Source: an uncultured Lachnospiraceae bacterium
GTDB lineage: Bacteria; Bacillota; Clostridia; Oscillospirales; CAG-272
Length of the DNA stretch: 60,664 bases
Direction of reading: 5' to 3'
NCBI GenBank assembly: GCA_964569225.1
Contig: CAZMTU010000003.1
Span: forward strand, 1 to 60,664
Numbering within the stretch: position 1 is the stretch's first letter; every line of letters starts with the position of its first letter. A program made the position numbers and the translations under genes. Below, one piece after another: positions 35,000-45,377 of the stretch. Under the pieces are notes generated by a model. The model was not told where the DNA came from and made no database searches. It saw only the letters and a list, made by a program, of their open reading frames with translations.

Positions 35000-36226
35000 A
35001 TGACCAAAACCGAACTGCGCAAATATGCCCGCCTGATTGCAAAAGTAGGCGGCAATATTCAAAAAGGACAGGAGGTTATCCTTTCTGCCCAACTGGATCA
35101 GCCCGAATTCGTCACCATGCTGGTAGAAGAATGCTACCGTGCCGGCGCTTCTAAAGTAACGGTAGAATGGGCACATCAGCCTATTACCAAGCTGCACATT
35201 CGCCACCGTTCTTTGAAAACCATGTCCACTGTTGAGGAATGGGAACTGAAAAAACTGGAACATCGGTCTGAGAAACTGCCGGTTATGATCTATTTAGCGT
35301 CTGAAAACCCAGACGGAATGAAGGGCGTCAATCAAAAAAAGCAAGCGGAAGCTGCCCGCAAAACCTATCCTCTGACTAAGCCCTATCGCGAAAAAATGGA
35401 AAACCGTTATCAGTGGTGCATCGCCGCAGTGCCCGGAAAAGGCTGGGCAAAGAAGGTCTTCCCCGGTATGCCCGCCTCTACTGCTGTAAAAAAGCTGTGG
35501 GATGCCATTCTTTTTACTTCCCGTGTCAGTGAAGGAGATGCCATTGAGAACTGGGATCGTCACAACACTAATCTGAAGATCAAATATGATTATCTGAACA
35601 GTCTGAACATTGAAAAGCTGCACTATACCGCATCCAACGGTACTGATTTCACTGTAGGGCTAAACAAACAGGGCATCTTCATGGGCGGCGGCGAGAATAC
35701 GCTGGACGGCCGCTTCTTTAATCCTAATATCCCCTCTGAAGAGATTTTCACCTCCCCCATGAAAGGAGAAGCCGAGGGCATCGTATACGCCTCCAAACCG
35801 CTTTCCTATAAAGGTGAGCTGATCGAAAATTTTTCGGTCCGTTTTGAGGGCGGCAAGGCTGTAGAAGTACACGCTGAAAAAGGAGAGGCGCTGCTGAAAG
35901 AAATGATTGCTATGGATGACGGCGCTGCCTATCTTGGCGAGGTGGCGCTGGTCCCCTTTGACAGCCCTGTAAATCAAACCGGTCTTCTTTTCTACAATAC
36001 GCTCTTTGACGAAAACGCTTGCTGCCATTTAGCGCTGGGCGCCGGCTTCACCAACTGTGTAAAGGATTTTGAAAAATATACCAATGAGGAGCTTCATAAA
36101 ATGGGGGTCAACGACTCCATGATTCATGTAGACTTTATGATCGGCACCGCCGATCTCTCGATCGAAGCCCTTTGCAAGGACGGAAAAACCATTCAGATTT
36201 TCAAGGACGGTACTTGGGCGTTCTGA
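35000..36226 (+). CDS. M29 family aminopeptidase (AmpS/PepS-like)
   Basis: Start taken at MTKTELRKYARLIAKVGGNIQKGQ, a typical M29 N-terminus. Motifs GGGENT and EEIFTSP, and a C-terminal HVDFMIG. Confidence 0.85.
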   Translation: MTKTELRKYARLIAKVGGNIQKGQEVILSAQLDQPEFVTMLVEECYRAGASKVTVEWAHQPITKLHIRHRSLKTMSTVEEWELKKLEHRSEKLPVMIYLASENPDGMKGVNQKKQAEAARKTYPLTKPYREKMENRYQWCIAAVPGKGWAKKVFPGMPASTAVKKLWDAILFTSRVSEGDAIENWDRHNTNLKIKYDYLNSLNIEKLHYTASNGTDFTVGLNKQGIFMGGGENTLDGRFFNPNIPSEEIFTSPMKGEAEGIVYASKPLSYKGELIENFSVRFEGGKAVEVHAEKGEALLKEMIAMDDGAAYLGEVALVPFDSPVNQTGLLFYNTLFDENACCHLALGAGFTNCVKDFEKYTNEELHKMGVNDSMIHVDFMIGTADLSIEALCKDGKTIQIFKDGTWAF

Positions 36227-36252
36227 CACTTCGATATACCCGTCATAAACCG

Positions 36253-36290
36253 AAACGGACTGATTTTAAGTCAGTCCGTTTTATTTATTT
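36253..36290 (+). terminator. Intrinsic terminator of the aminopeptidase gene
   Basis: AAACGGACTGA / TCAGTCCGTTT stem followed by TATTTATTT. Confidence 0.75.
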
Positions 36291-36341
36291 AGAATAAGCT
36301 ATTTCTCTCATCAGACGCAGAACAAGGAGAAGGAACGTTAA

Positions 36342-36376
36342 AACCCCTGCCGGGTGTGGAACCTCCGGCAGGGGTT
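36342..36376 (-). terminator. Intrinsic terminator of the CHAP-domain gene
   Basis: AACCCCTGCCGG / CCGGCAGGGGTT stem, followed on the minus strand by TTAACG. Confidence 0.65.
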
Positions 36377-36427
36377 GATAAACCGAACGATCATCGCCGG
36401 CCGTCCGAATTACGGACCTGTGCTGCT

Positions 36428-37429
36428 CTATTGATAAGCGGGTGCAGCATACCCTACAATATTCTTATTATTCAGTGCGTATGTATTACAGGATACCTTA
36501 TTAGAGTAATTTCCCTCTACCGTAGTGATATATCCGCCTTCACAGGCCACTACAATACCGATATGCGCAATGTTACTTCGTCTACCCGACCAGTCAAAGA
36601 AGATCAGATCACCGGGCTTGGGGGTATAACCGGAAGAATATTTATAGTAAAGACCTTTTGCTTCGTAAAATTCTTTATACTGCGTAGAGCTCCTGTAAAC
36701 CGGGAGAATACTTTGCGAAATTCCCGCCTGATCACCGCACCAAGCAACAAACACGCCGCACCAAGCATAGCTGTCGCCGCCGCTTACCGCATGTCCGAAA
36801 TACCATGTATTATACTTTACATTATTGGAGGAAGTCTCCTTTACACCAATTTCACCTTTTGCGATCTGAACAATCTTTTCCGCCTGAGAAGAGGTGGACG
36901 GCGTAACTGAAGGCGTTACAGGTGCTTCGGTTTCCGGCGAAACAGTCACAGACGGCGTAGTAGCGGGCGCTGTTGTTGTGACAGGCGGCGTTGTAACCGG
37001 CGCCTGCGTCACCGTAGGTGCTTCGGTAGTAGTTTCAGGCGGCTCCGTAGCCGGCGCATCAGTGGTTGGCGCATCTGTTTGAGGCGCATCCGTTTGAGGC
37101 GCTTCAGTTGTATCAGAATCCGAAGTAGTCAGCGGATCATCAGAAGTACCGGCAAACAAGTCCGATCTTTTGGTAAAAATCACTTCGCCTTGATCGGAAA
37201 TGAATGGCAAAAGACCTTCAAGAATCTCCTCCGTTTCATCAGGATCAATAACAGGAACCTCGATAGCTTCGTCTTCTATAGGATTATCGGAATCAATCAT
37301 CATATAGACCAACTCGTTCGCGGGATCAAGTATATCATTAGCGGTATCGTCGGTCTGTGAAAACAGACCTGTACAGAAGGCGGTAGCACTGAGGAGTGAT
37401 AAGATTGGTAAGATCAACAATCTCTTCAT
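36428..37429 (-). CDS. Secreted CHAP-domain cell-wall hydrolase with a Thr/Pro-rich linker
   Basis: Signal peptide, then a linker with repeated QTDAP units, then the CHAP core (AWCGVFVAWC ... GDLIFFDW ... HIGIV ... EGN). Confidence 0.8.
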   Translation of the reverse strand: MKRLLILPILSLLSATAFCTGLFSQTDDTANDILDPANELVYMMIDSDNPIEDEAIEVPVIDPDETEEILEGLLPFISDQGEVIFTKRSDLFAGTSDDPLTTSDSDTTEAPQTDAPQTDAPTTDAPATEPPETTTEAPTVTQAPVTTPPVTTTAPATTPSVTVSPETEAPVTPSVTPSTSSQAEKIVQIAKGEIGVKETSSNNVKYNTWYFGHAVSGGDSYAWCGVFVAWCGDQAGISQSILPVYRSSTQYKEFYEAKGLYYKYSSGYTPKPGDLIFFDWSGRRSNIAHIGIVVACEGGYITTVEGNYSNKVSCNTYALNNKNIVGYAAPAYQ

Positions 37430-37714
37430 GTTCCTCTCCTTTCTTCCTGCCGTCGCAGGGATGGAATTTTTTAGGAGGGCAAATTACACAAACTGTTCAT
37501 TTCAGGTTAAACTCAGTAAATTTGGCTCAAAAAGCAGCACTTTTTCTCTCATGTAAAGCCATCCCTTTGGAATACGTTTCTTATTTTACTACAGTTTACA
37601 AAAAAAAGCAACCCCTTTTCGTCAATTTTATGAATTTTTTTATTATCTTTTTTTGAAAAAATGTCTTTACAGCCGCCGGAAACAAAATAATTTTCCTGTA
37701 AAGGGAAAATTCCC

Positions 37715-37743
37715 TTGTAATTTTCAAAGGAATATGGTAATAT
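37715..37743 (+). promoter_or_regulatory. Putative promoter TTGTAA-17-TAATAT with TGn extension, upstream of uppP
   Basis: -35 at 37715-37720, TG at 37735-37736 and -10 at 37738-37743. Confidence 0.5.
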
Positions 37744-37780
37744 ATACTATGTATATACTTTATTTTGAAGAGGGTTATTC

Positions 37781-38626
37781 ATGAATATTTGGGAATCCGT
37801 TTTCTACGGACTGCTTCAGGGTATTGCGGAATTTCTTCCGATCTCTTCCTCCGGTCATCTGGCTATTTTCCAATCCATCTTGGGCACCGGTGATCCGGAC
37901 GCCAACATTTCCTTTAACGTACTGCTTCATTTGGGTACATTGGTCGCGGTTTTCTTCGTATATTGGCGGGATATCGGCAGACTGATCTACTCATTCTTTA
38001 CACTCTGCCAAAAACTGCTTCATGGAAATTTCAAATTTTCCACCTATAATGAAAATGAGCGATTTGTTATTTTTATCCTGATCGCCACAGTTCCCTTAAT
38101 TCCCGCGGCGATTTTGGAAGGCTGCATCGAGGCGCTCTCTTCCTACATCATTATAGTCGGCGCTATTTTGATCCTGAATGCCATCCTGCTCTTCTTTTCA
38201 GACAAAATGGCCAAAGGGACCAAAACGCTTGGGGAAGTCACACCCAAGAACGCGCTGATTGTCGGTCTATGCCAAATGGTGGCTGTTCTGCCCGGTCTTT
38301 CCCGCTCCGGTTCAACCATTACCGGCGGTCTTACACAGGGCTTTGAACGTCCCTTAGCGGTGAAATTTTCCTTCATTATGTCAATTCCCGCCATTTTGGG
38401 CGCTTGCGTATTAAAACTGCCGGATTTCTTTCATGAGCTTGCTTCCGGTTCGGAAAGCAGTCAGATCCCGGTTTATCTTGCCGGCGCGCTTACTGCCGCC
38501 ATCGTAGGAGTTGCCGCTATCAAGCTTCTCTCCTACATTTCAAAAAAATCAAATTTCCGGATTTTCTCCTATTACTGCGCCGCTATGGGCGCCTTCTCCA
38601 TAATCTGGGGCGTCACTCACCTATAA
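37781..38626 (+). CDS. uppP: Undecaprenyl-diphosphate phosphatase
   Basis: QGIAEFLPISSSGHL, PGLSRSG.TI and 8 TM segments. Confidence 0.92.
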   Translation: MNIWESVFYGLLQGIAEFLPISSSGHLAIFQSILGTGDPDANISFNVLLHLGTLVAVFFVYWRDIGRLIYSFFTLCQKLLHGNFKFSTYNENERFVIFILIATVPLIPAAILEGCIEALSSYIIIVGAILILNAILLFFSDKMAKGTKTLGEVTPKNALIVGLCQMVAVLPGLSRSGSTITGGLTQGFERPLAVKFSFIMSIPAILGACVLKLPDFFHELASGSESSQIPVYLAGALTAAIVGVAAIKLLSYISKKSNFRIFSYYCAAMGAFSIIWGVTHL

Positions 38627-38659
38627 AGTCTGCCCTGAAAATTGATTGAAAGGAAAAAA

Positions 38660-41434
38660 ATGGCTACAAATAATTCTAAGAAAACCTCCTCCTCTTCTGC
38701 TAATAAAAAGACCGCAAAATCAGGAAAACTGACTGGTCAACCGTCTGCTGCGAGCAAAGCCAAGTCCAAAAAGCAGAGCCCCACGGCCGAAACAGTCAGT
38801 CGGTTTGATTCCGACCCCGATTCCATCGGCAATCAAATCGTCCGCTTTTCACTTTTTGCCGCGGGTATTCTTTTCTTTATCTTTTTATTTTTCACTGATA
38901 TGAGTGCGGGCGTGAAAACCGGAACCGGTCCGGTAGGCTATGGCATTTGCTGGCTGATCTTCGGACTGTTGGGCAGCAGCGCCTATCTGATTCCCTTTCT
39001 CTGCATTTATCTTTCTCTGTTTTGGCGCCGCTGTCTGACAAGCGGAACGCTGCTGATGCGCATTATGGCCTCACTGGCATTGCTGTTGCTGATTGCCTCC
39101 ATGTTTCAACTCAAGGTACAGGCTTCCGCCTCTCCCGTCACGCTTTATCACTTTTCTCAGCTATGGAAGGACGGTGTCGCCCATCGAGGCGGCGGACTGT
39201 TGGGCGGTGTATTGGGCGGACTCTTTTACCTGCTTCTAAAGGGCGTTTCGTGGGTCATCCTGATATTCTTACTCATCGCGGACATCATGCTGTTAAGCGA
39301 AATCACCCCTAACGCATTAGCCCGTTTCTTTAAAAAATTAGCGAAAAGCATGGACGCATGGTTGACCGCTCGCCGGGAGGAAGCACAAAAAGCAGCTTCG
39401 GACAAGCCGCCGAAAAAGCAGAAAGCCTTGCCTGAGCCAAAGGTCAAGCCGGAACCGGAGCCGGAAGACGGTCCTAATGAACTGCCTGCCCGCAAACGAA
39501 AGATTTTTGGTATAGAAGAAGAGAAACCGCCCCTGCCTCAAATGGAGGTTCAGCCGCTGGACATGCAGGAAATACAGGTACGGGACAAGGCGGGCGATCC
39601 TATCCGTACTGAAACGATTACGCCGGTATATGTGAATCAGGCTTCTGTTCCGCTTCGCGAACCGACCGTCCGTACCTCCGCCCCGCAATCGGTTTCTGAA
39701 CTGAATCTCACTGATATTTATTATTCTCCCGAAAAGGATGAAGCCGCCGACCGGCTGGGGCAAACGTTTACCGATCGCCGAGCGCAGCAAAGACAAAGCG
39801 AATTCAACACCGCCGAATTGGAAGTTCAGGAGGACCTGGCGCCTTGGGAAGAAACCGCTCCTGTATTAACGCCTGAGGAAGAAGAAATTGCCGATCTGCT
39901 GTTGGATACCACCCGTGCCCCACTGGCAGAAGATACGCTGTCTGAAGTAAAAGAAAAACTTTACCAGTTCCCTCCGCTGACGCTTTTAAAGCAAAATACC
40001 GATACCCAAGCGGCTGACTACAGCGATGAGCTGCAAAAAAAAGGCGAAAAATTGGTTTCCACGCTGAAGTCCTTCCGAGTAGATACTGAAATTGTAAATA
40101 TTTCCCATGGTCCAACGATCACCCGCTATGAGCTGGTCCCGAAAGTAGGCGTTCGGGTAAGGGCCATTGCCAATTTGGTGGACGATATTGCGCTCAACCT
40201 GGAAACCACCGGCGTTCGGGTAGAAGCACCCATTCCGGGCAAATCCGCTGTGGGCATTGAGGTACCGAATAAGCACCCCATGACGGTTTACCTGAGAGAG
40301 CTGTTGGAAAATCCGGCATTTGCGCAGGCTAAAAGCAAAGTTACCGCGGCGCTTGGCATGGATGTTGCAGGACAACCGGTATTTGTAGATATCGCTAAAA
40401 TGCCTCACCTCCTGATCGCCGGCGCTACGGGCATGGGTAAATCGGTCTGCATCAACTCACTGCTTATGTCCCTGCTCTATAAAGCCACGCCCGACGAAGT
40501 AAAACTCATCCTGATCGACCCCAAAAAAGTGGAGCTGAATGTCTATAACAAGCTGCCGCACCTGCTGGTGCCGGTAGTGAACGCCCCTAAGAAAGCCGCC
40601 GGTTCTCTTTCGTGGGCGGTCGGTGAAATGGAGCGCCGCTTCGAACTGATCGAAGAAGTAGGTGTGCGGGATATTAAGGGCTACAATCAGATCACCGCAG
40701 ACGATCCTTCTAAAGAATTTCTTCCTCATATTATTATTATTATAGACGAGTTGGCAGACCTGATGATGACCGCACCGGATGATGTAGAGGAATCTATCTG
40801 CCGTATCGCGCAGAAGGCGCGGGCCGCCGGCATGCATTTAATCATCGGTACACAGCGGCCTTCCGTAAATGTCATTACCGGTCTAATTAAAGCTAATATT
40901 CCCACCCGAATCGCCTTCACAGTCACCTCTCAAATCGACTCCCGTACTATTATCGACATGGCAGGCGCTGAAAAGCTAATCGGCCGGGGCGATATGCTCT
41001 ATTCACCGGTAGGCGCGCTGAAGCCCATCCGAATTCAAGGCTCCTTTGTTTCGGACAAAGAAGTAGAAGCGGTTTGTGACTTCATCCGCGCTCAGGTGGG
41101 CGAAGGAGAATACGATACCAGCGTCATTGAGCAAATTGACAAAAACGCCGAACAGTGCGGTCAGAAAAAGAAGGGTTCCGCTGATATTTCCGCTGATGAA
41201 GGCGGCGATATTGATCCCAAATTTGACGAAGCGGTATCGGTCGCGCTGGAAATGGGCAAGATCTCTACTTCCCTGCTTCAGCGGCGGCTGTCGCTGGGTT
41301 ATGGCAGAGCCGCTAAGATTATCGACCGGATGGAGCAATGCGGCATTGTAGGACCGCAGGAGGGCTCCAAGCCTCGGAATCTTTTGATCTCCGCCTCCGA
41401 TTGGAATGAGATCAAAATGCGAAGCGAGGATTGA
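38660..41434 (+). CDS. ftsK: DNA translocase FtsK/SpoIIIE
   Basis: The ATG at 38660 follows AAAGGAAA. It has an N-terminal TM block, a long Pro/Glu/Lys-rich linker, the motor with LIAGATGMGKS and IIIIDELADLM, and a gamma domain (S.LQRRL..GY.RAA.IID.ME). Confidence 0.92.
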   Translation: MATNNSKKTSSSSANKKTAKSGKLTGQPSAASKAKSKKQSPTAETVSRFDSDPDSIGNQIVRFSLFAAGILFFIFLFFTDMSAGVKTGTGPVGYGICWLIFGLLGSSAYLIPFLCIYLSLFWRRCLTSGTLLMRIMASLALLLLIASMFQLKVQASASPVTLYHFSQLWKDGVAHRGGGLLGGVLGGLFYLLLKGVSWVILIFLLIADIMLLSEITPNALARFFKKLAKSMDAWLTARREEAQKAASDKPPKKQKALPEPKVKPEPEPEDGPNELPARKRKIFGIEEEKPPLPQMEVQPLDMQEIQVRDKAGDPIRTETITPVYVNQASVPLREPTVRTSAPQSVSELNLTDIYYSPEKDEAADRLGQTFTDRRAQQRQSEFNTAELEVQEDLAPWEETAPVLTPEEEEIADLLLDTTRAPLAEDTLSEVKEKLYQFPPLTLLKQNTDTQAADYSDELQKKGEKLVSTLKSFRVDTEIVNISHGPTITRYELVPKVGVRVRAIANLVDDIALNLETTGVRVEAPIPGKSAVGIEVPNKHPMTVYLRELLENPAFAQAKSKVTAALGMDVAGQPVFVDIAKMPHLLIAGATGMGKSVCINSLLMSLLYKATPDEVKLILIDPKKVELNVYNKLPHLLVPVVNAPKKAAGSLSWAVGEMERRFELIEEVGVRDIKGYNQITADDPSKEFLPHIIIIIDELADLMMTAPDDVEESICRIAQKARAAGMHLIIGTQRPSVNVITGLIKANIPTRIAFTVTSQIDSRTIIDMAGAEKLIGRGDMLYSPVGALKPIRIQGSFVSDKEVEAVCDFIRAQVGEGEYDTSVIEQIDKNAEQCGQKKKGSADISADEGGDIDPKFDEAVSVALEMGKISTSLLQRRLSLGYGRAAKIIDRMEQCGIVGPQEGSKPRNLLISASDWNEIKMRSED

Positions 41435-41443
41435 CCGGAATTT

Positions 41444-41480
41444 ACGCTTAGGAAACTTTTTTCAAAAGTTTCCTAAGCGT
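41444..41480 (+). terminator. 17-bp perfect palindromic hairpin after ftsK (ACGCTTAGGAAACTTTT ttc AAAAGTTTCCTAAGCGT)
   Basis: Read directly from the sequence. There is no clean U-tract on the plus strand. A second hairpin (AACAGAC / GTCTGTT followed by CTTTAAGCATTTTT) lies at about 41496-41535. Confidence 0.5.
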
Positions 41481-41666
41481 TCCAGAAATTGGAAAAACAG
41501 ACGTAATGATCTGTCTGTTCTTTAAGCATTTTTAGCAAGGAAATAATAAAACTTCTTATTATTTCCTTCCCAAAGGCGCTTAGAACCCCGAAAACCTTTT
41601 TCAAAGCAGATTTTCGGTAAAAACGCAGGGCAGCAGCCCCTAAATGACAGAAAGGATTTTCATAAA

Positions 41667-42329
41667 TTGGGCAAGCTATATGTAATTGACGGACTGGACG
41701 GTTCGGGAAAGGGCACGCAATCCAAAAAATTGGAGGCTTATCTTTCTGCCAAAGGAATCAACGTCAAACGAATTGATTTTCCCCGCTATGGCTCTAAGGG
41801 CTGCGCGTTGGTGGAAGGATACCTTCACGGGGATTTGGGGGGCAAACCGGATGATACCGGCGCCTATGCCACCTCACTTTTCTACGGACTGGACCGCTAT
41901 TGGTCTTACCGTACCGAATGGGGTTCCTTTTATCACAAACCGGACAGCATTTTGATTTGCGACCGGTATACCACTGCCAATGCCGTTCATCAATGCTCGA
42001 AGCTGCCCAAAGCACAATGGGACGCCTTTCTCGACTGGCTATGGGATATTGAATACAACAAAATCGGTATTCCCCGCCCCGACAAGATCATCTACCTTGA
42101 AATGCCGCCCGCCATTTCCCGTAAGCTGGTGGAAAAGAGAGCAGCAGCCGAAGGGCGCTGCATTGATATTCACGAGGCAGATCAGAGCTACCTTGACCGC
42201 TGTTACGAAGCCGCACTCTATGCCGCCGAGCATTTAGGCTGGGAAAAGCTGAAATGTTATACCGGTGACACCCCCCGAAGCGTTGAGGACATTTTTACCG
42301 AGCTGACCGCCCGACTGTCCCTATCATGA
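41667..42329 (+). CDS. tmk: Thymidylate (dTMP) kinase family protein
   Basis: TTG start, with no ATG nearby, 10 nt after AAAGGA. P-loop IDGLDGSGKGTQ and CDRY motif. Confidence 0.7.
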   Translation: MGKLYVIDGLDGSGKGTQSKKLEAYLSAKGINVKRIDFPRYGSKGCALVEGYLHGDLGGKPDDTGAYATSLFYGLDRYWSYRTEWGSFYHKPDSILICDRYTTANAVHQCSKLPKAQWDAFLDWLWDIEYNKIGIPRPDKIIYLEMPPAISRKLVEKRAAAEGRCIDIHEADQSYLDRCYEAALYAAEHLGWEKLKCYTGDTPRSVEDIFTELTARLSLS

Positions 42330-43144
42330 CTCAAACACCTTCAAAAATTCGCATACGCACCGCCCTCCCTGATGATCTGCCGATGCTGATCTCCCTTTGG
42401 CAGCGCGTTTTCAAGGACGAAGAATCCTTTATTCGAGCCTTTTATCAAGCATCCGATCTGCGGCGAACCCTTGCGGCCGTCAATACAGACGAAGTAATCG
42501 TCGGCATGCTCAACTGTCCTGCTATAGAACTGTGGCACCGTCAAACCGTTTATCGGGGCGTCTACCTCTATGCCTTCGCGGTAGATGAAGCGTACAGAGG
42601 ATATGGCATCGGTTCAAAGCTGCTTCAAGCCGCGGAAAACGGCAGTGATCTGCCCTCTAAACCCGATTTTGCGCTGCTGATTCCCGCCGAGCCCTCGCTG
42701 TTTGATTTTTACGCCGCCAAGGGCTATGACCGTTTTGCGTATAATCCGATTCGAAAAGCACTGTCCACAAAATCAACAGAAATTTCCTCCGTTTCCTGCC
42801 TTCCCGTTTTTTCGGATACGCTTTACGCCCGCTATCTTAATGCATGCGGATATATAAGCGCTTCTGAATGCAGCGGTGCGATATTTGTAAAACCGCCGCG
42901 GCTTTTCACCCTCTCCATGGAGGACACGGAATGCTTTCCCACTCCGGACGGATATAATGCCTTCCAAAAAGAGATCCCGCCGGCAGAGCATTCCCTGACA
43001 GCCTCGGTTTCCTCTGACCGGCAAAGGACATTGGTCGAAAGCATGCCCGCCATTCCCGATCCGCGCCGCCCCGCGGCGCTTTGGAAAGCATTGATTCCTA
43101 TTCCGGAAATCCACGCTCCGCTGATTTCCAGATTCTTAGAATAA
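42326..43144 (+). CDS. GNAT family N-acetyltransferase with a C-terminal extension
   Basis: ATGA overlap with tmk. The acetyl-CoA motif is V.E.YRGYGIGSKLL. Confidence 0.7.
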   Translation: MTQTPSKIRIRTALPDDLPMLISLWQRVFKDEESFIRAFYQASDLRRTLAAVNTDEVIVGMLNCPAIELWHRQTVYRGVYLYAFAVDEAYRGYGIGSKLLQAAENGSDLPSKPDFALLIPAEPSLFDFYAAKGYDRFAYNPIRKALSTKSTEISSVSCLPVFSDTLYARYLNACGYISASECSGAIFVKPPRLFTLSMEDTECFPTPDGYNAFQKEIPPAEHSLTASVSSDRQRTLVESMPAIPDPRRPAALWKALIPIPEIHAPLISRFLE

Positions 43145-43174
43145 AATTTTATACTGCGAAAGGAAAGACACGTT

Positions 43175-43729
43175 ATGATTTATGTTTTTCTTGCAAATGG
43201 ATTTGAAGAAATAGAGGCTCTAACACCGGTGGATATTCTCCGCCGCGCCGGTTTTTCTGTTTCCACCGTATCCATTACCGCTGAAAAAACCGTCATCGGT
43301 GCTCACGGCATTCCGGTCATTGCAGATACCACCATGCAAGCGGCAGATGATTTTTCGGACGCAGAGCTGCTGCTCCTGCCCGGCGGCATGCCCGGCACAA
43401 AGCACTTGGCTGCCTGCGCGCCCCTTCTGGATTTGCTTTCCAAACACGCTCAAGCTGCTAAACCGCTGGCTGCGATTTGCGCCGCTCCCTCCATTTTAGG
43501 CATGCTGAACATTCTTCAAGGAAAGGAAGCCATTTGCTACCCGGGATTTGAAGCTCAGTTAAAAGGCGCCCGTCTTTCATCTAAACGAGTTGTACGGGAT
43601 GGCAATGTCCTGACCGCTGCGGGTGCCGGCGTCGCGCTGGAATTCGCGCTGGCGGCCGTTGAACTGCTGGCGGGCACTGAAAAAGCCGGTGAAATCAGGC
43701 AGAGCATCATTGCCGCTCCGATCCGCTGA
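43175..43729 (+). CDS. DJ-1/PfpI (ThiJ/YajL-like) family protein
   Basis: FEE.E...PVD.LRRAG, LLLPGG.PG and the nucleophile elbow AAICAAPS. Confidence 0.85.
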   Translation: MIYVFLANGFEEIEALTPVDILRRAGFSVSTVSITAEKTVIGAHGIPVIADTTMQAADDFSDAELLLLPGGMPGTKHLAACAPLLDLLSKHAQAAKPLAAICAAPSILGMLNILQGKEAICYPGFEAQLKGARLSSKRVVRDGNVLTAAGAGVALEFALAAVELLAGTEKAGEIRQSIIAAPIR

Positions 43730-43846
43730 TCCTTCCGTTTCTCCGATCGCTGTTGGAATTGCACTTTGTTTTTCCCGCCCTCGGAACGTCTACCCTGTCG
43801 GAACAGCGGTCCGTCTGTTCTCCGACAATCCCGAAAGGAAAATATC

Positions 43847-44425
43847 ATGCTTACACTGCGAGATGAAAAAAATCAACTCCGCCTGACCTATAAACAAATA
43901 AGACGGCAAATCCCGCCGGATAAAAAAGCCCTGTTAGACCGTCAGATCTGCGAGCATTTTTTCTCACTGGCGTCTTACCGTTATGCCGACACACTGCTGC
44001 TCTATTATCCCCGTCCGGACGAGGCGGATACCCGCCCGATTCTCCGAAATGCGCTGCAAGCCGGTAAAAAAGTCGCGCTTCCGCGCTGCTTTGAGGGCGG
44101 CCTGATGGAATTTTACTTTATCACGGAAGAGAACGACTTAGTGGAGGGACTTTTTGGCATTCCCGCCCCCGGTCCGGACTGCGCCCTTTTTGACAAGCAT
44201 AGCTTCTGCAAAAGCATATTGATGACGGTCCCGGGATTGGCATTTGACCGAAAAGGCTACCGATTGGGCTACGGAAAAGGCTACTATGACCGTTATCTGT
44301 CTGACAGCTTTATTCCATCGGTAGGGTTCACTTATTCCGCCTGTATCACCGACCGTCTTCCTAAAGGACGGTATGATCTGCCGGTAAACCTCATTATCAG
44401 CGAAAAGGGAGTGACTCTGATTTGA
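43847..44425 (+). CDS. 5-formyltetrahydrofolate cyclo-ligase
   Basis: Start at MLTLRDEKN, after AAAGGAAA. Motifs PG.AFD..G.RLGYGKGYYDRYL. Confidence 0.85.
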   Translation: MLTLRDEKNQLRLTYKQIRRQIPPDKKALLDRQICEHFFSLASYRYADTLLLYYPRPDEADTRPILRNALQAGKKVALPRCFEGGLMEFYFITEENDLVEGLFGIPAPGPDCALFDKHSFCKSILMTVPGLAFDRKGYRLGYGKGYYDRYLSDSFIPSVGFTYSACITDRLPKGRYDLPVNLIISEKGVTLI

Positions 44426-45330
44426 TAAAATTAAATAAGAGCGCCGCCCCCTCGCTATTGATGCTGGTGGTGTACGGATTGCTGCTGCTATCCCGTTTGA
44501 TTCCCGCCGGCGAAAGCATTTCCGAGTTATTTCTTACCGACATTGTATTACAGATCCTTATTTTCATATTGCCTGCATTATTTTACTGTAAACTGCGAAA
44601 AATTCCGGTCAGTACAACTTCCTCTGCTACTACGCTGCTACCCATCCGATTTGCGCTGCTGGTAGGTCTGTTTGGTGTAATGGTACTGGGCAGCATGCTG
44701 ATCAACCTGACCGTTTATTCAATCGCAGGCAGCGCCGAACAGTTCGGCTCCTCTACCGCCGATACGCTGACCCAAATCAGTTCAGTTTCGGGCGCACTCT
44801 ATGTAGTGATTGCTTTCGCTATTGTTCCGGCTGTAACAGAGGAATTTTTCTTTCGAGGAATCCTTCTGTCCGAATACTCCGCCAGCGGTCGATTGGCTTC
44901 CATGCTCATCACCTCTCTTGCCTTCGCCATGTCGCATTTTGATCTGTTGCAGCTACCCGCTTATTTGTTCAGCGGTTTACTTCTTTCATTTGCACTAACT
45001 GTAACCCGCAGCCTGCTCGCCCCCATGCTGCTCCACTGCGCCGCCAATCTTTTCAATATATTTTTGGCGCCTTATCTTTGGCAGGTCACATTAGCGCCGT
45101 TAGGGGTTCTTTTTACTGTATTTATTTTGATCGGATTAATTTTACTGTTCGCCATTCTCGCCTTAAGAGAGGCGGAAACCGTATCCACAGAGTATGCCTA
45201 TGACCCCCGCAGAGCGAATGACCGCCTTCTTTCACCAAAACACTCCTTTTCCTTACTGCTGCAGAATTTGCTTTGTCCCCCTTATTTAATCTGCATTCTC
45301 ATTTTCATTATTGCCGGTATATTCGGATAA
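44422..45330 (+). CDS. CPBP family intramembrane glutamic endopeptidase (CAAX protease-like)
   Basis: Polytopic. Motifs EEFFFRG, FA.SH and H...N. The TTG start overlaps the upstream stop. A downstream Met (MLVVYG) is an alternative start. Confidence 0.75.
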   Translation: MIKLNKSAAPSLLMLVVYGLLLLSRLIPAGESISELFLTDIVLQILIFILPALFYCKLRKIPVSTTSSATTLLPIRFALLVGLFGVMVLGSMLINLTVYSIAGSAEQFGSSTADTLTQISSVSGALYVVIAFAIVPAVTEEFFFRGILLSEYSASGRLASMLITSLAFAMSHFDLLQLPAYLFSGLLLSFALTVTRSLLAPMLLHCAANLFNIFLAPYLWQVTLAPLGVLFTVFILIGLILLFAILALREAETVSTEYAYDPRRANDRLLSPKHSFSLLLQNLLCPPYLICILIFIIAGIFG

Positions 45331-45377
45331 CCTCATATAGAAAAGCTCTCCAATTTTTAATCAAAGGAACTGATAAC

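Noticed and set aside
36894-37082. Gly/Val/Thr-rich 62-aa plus-strand ORF
   Set aside because: It is the reverse-complement reading of the Thr/Pro-rich linker of the CHAP-domain gene, a low-complexity artefact.
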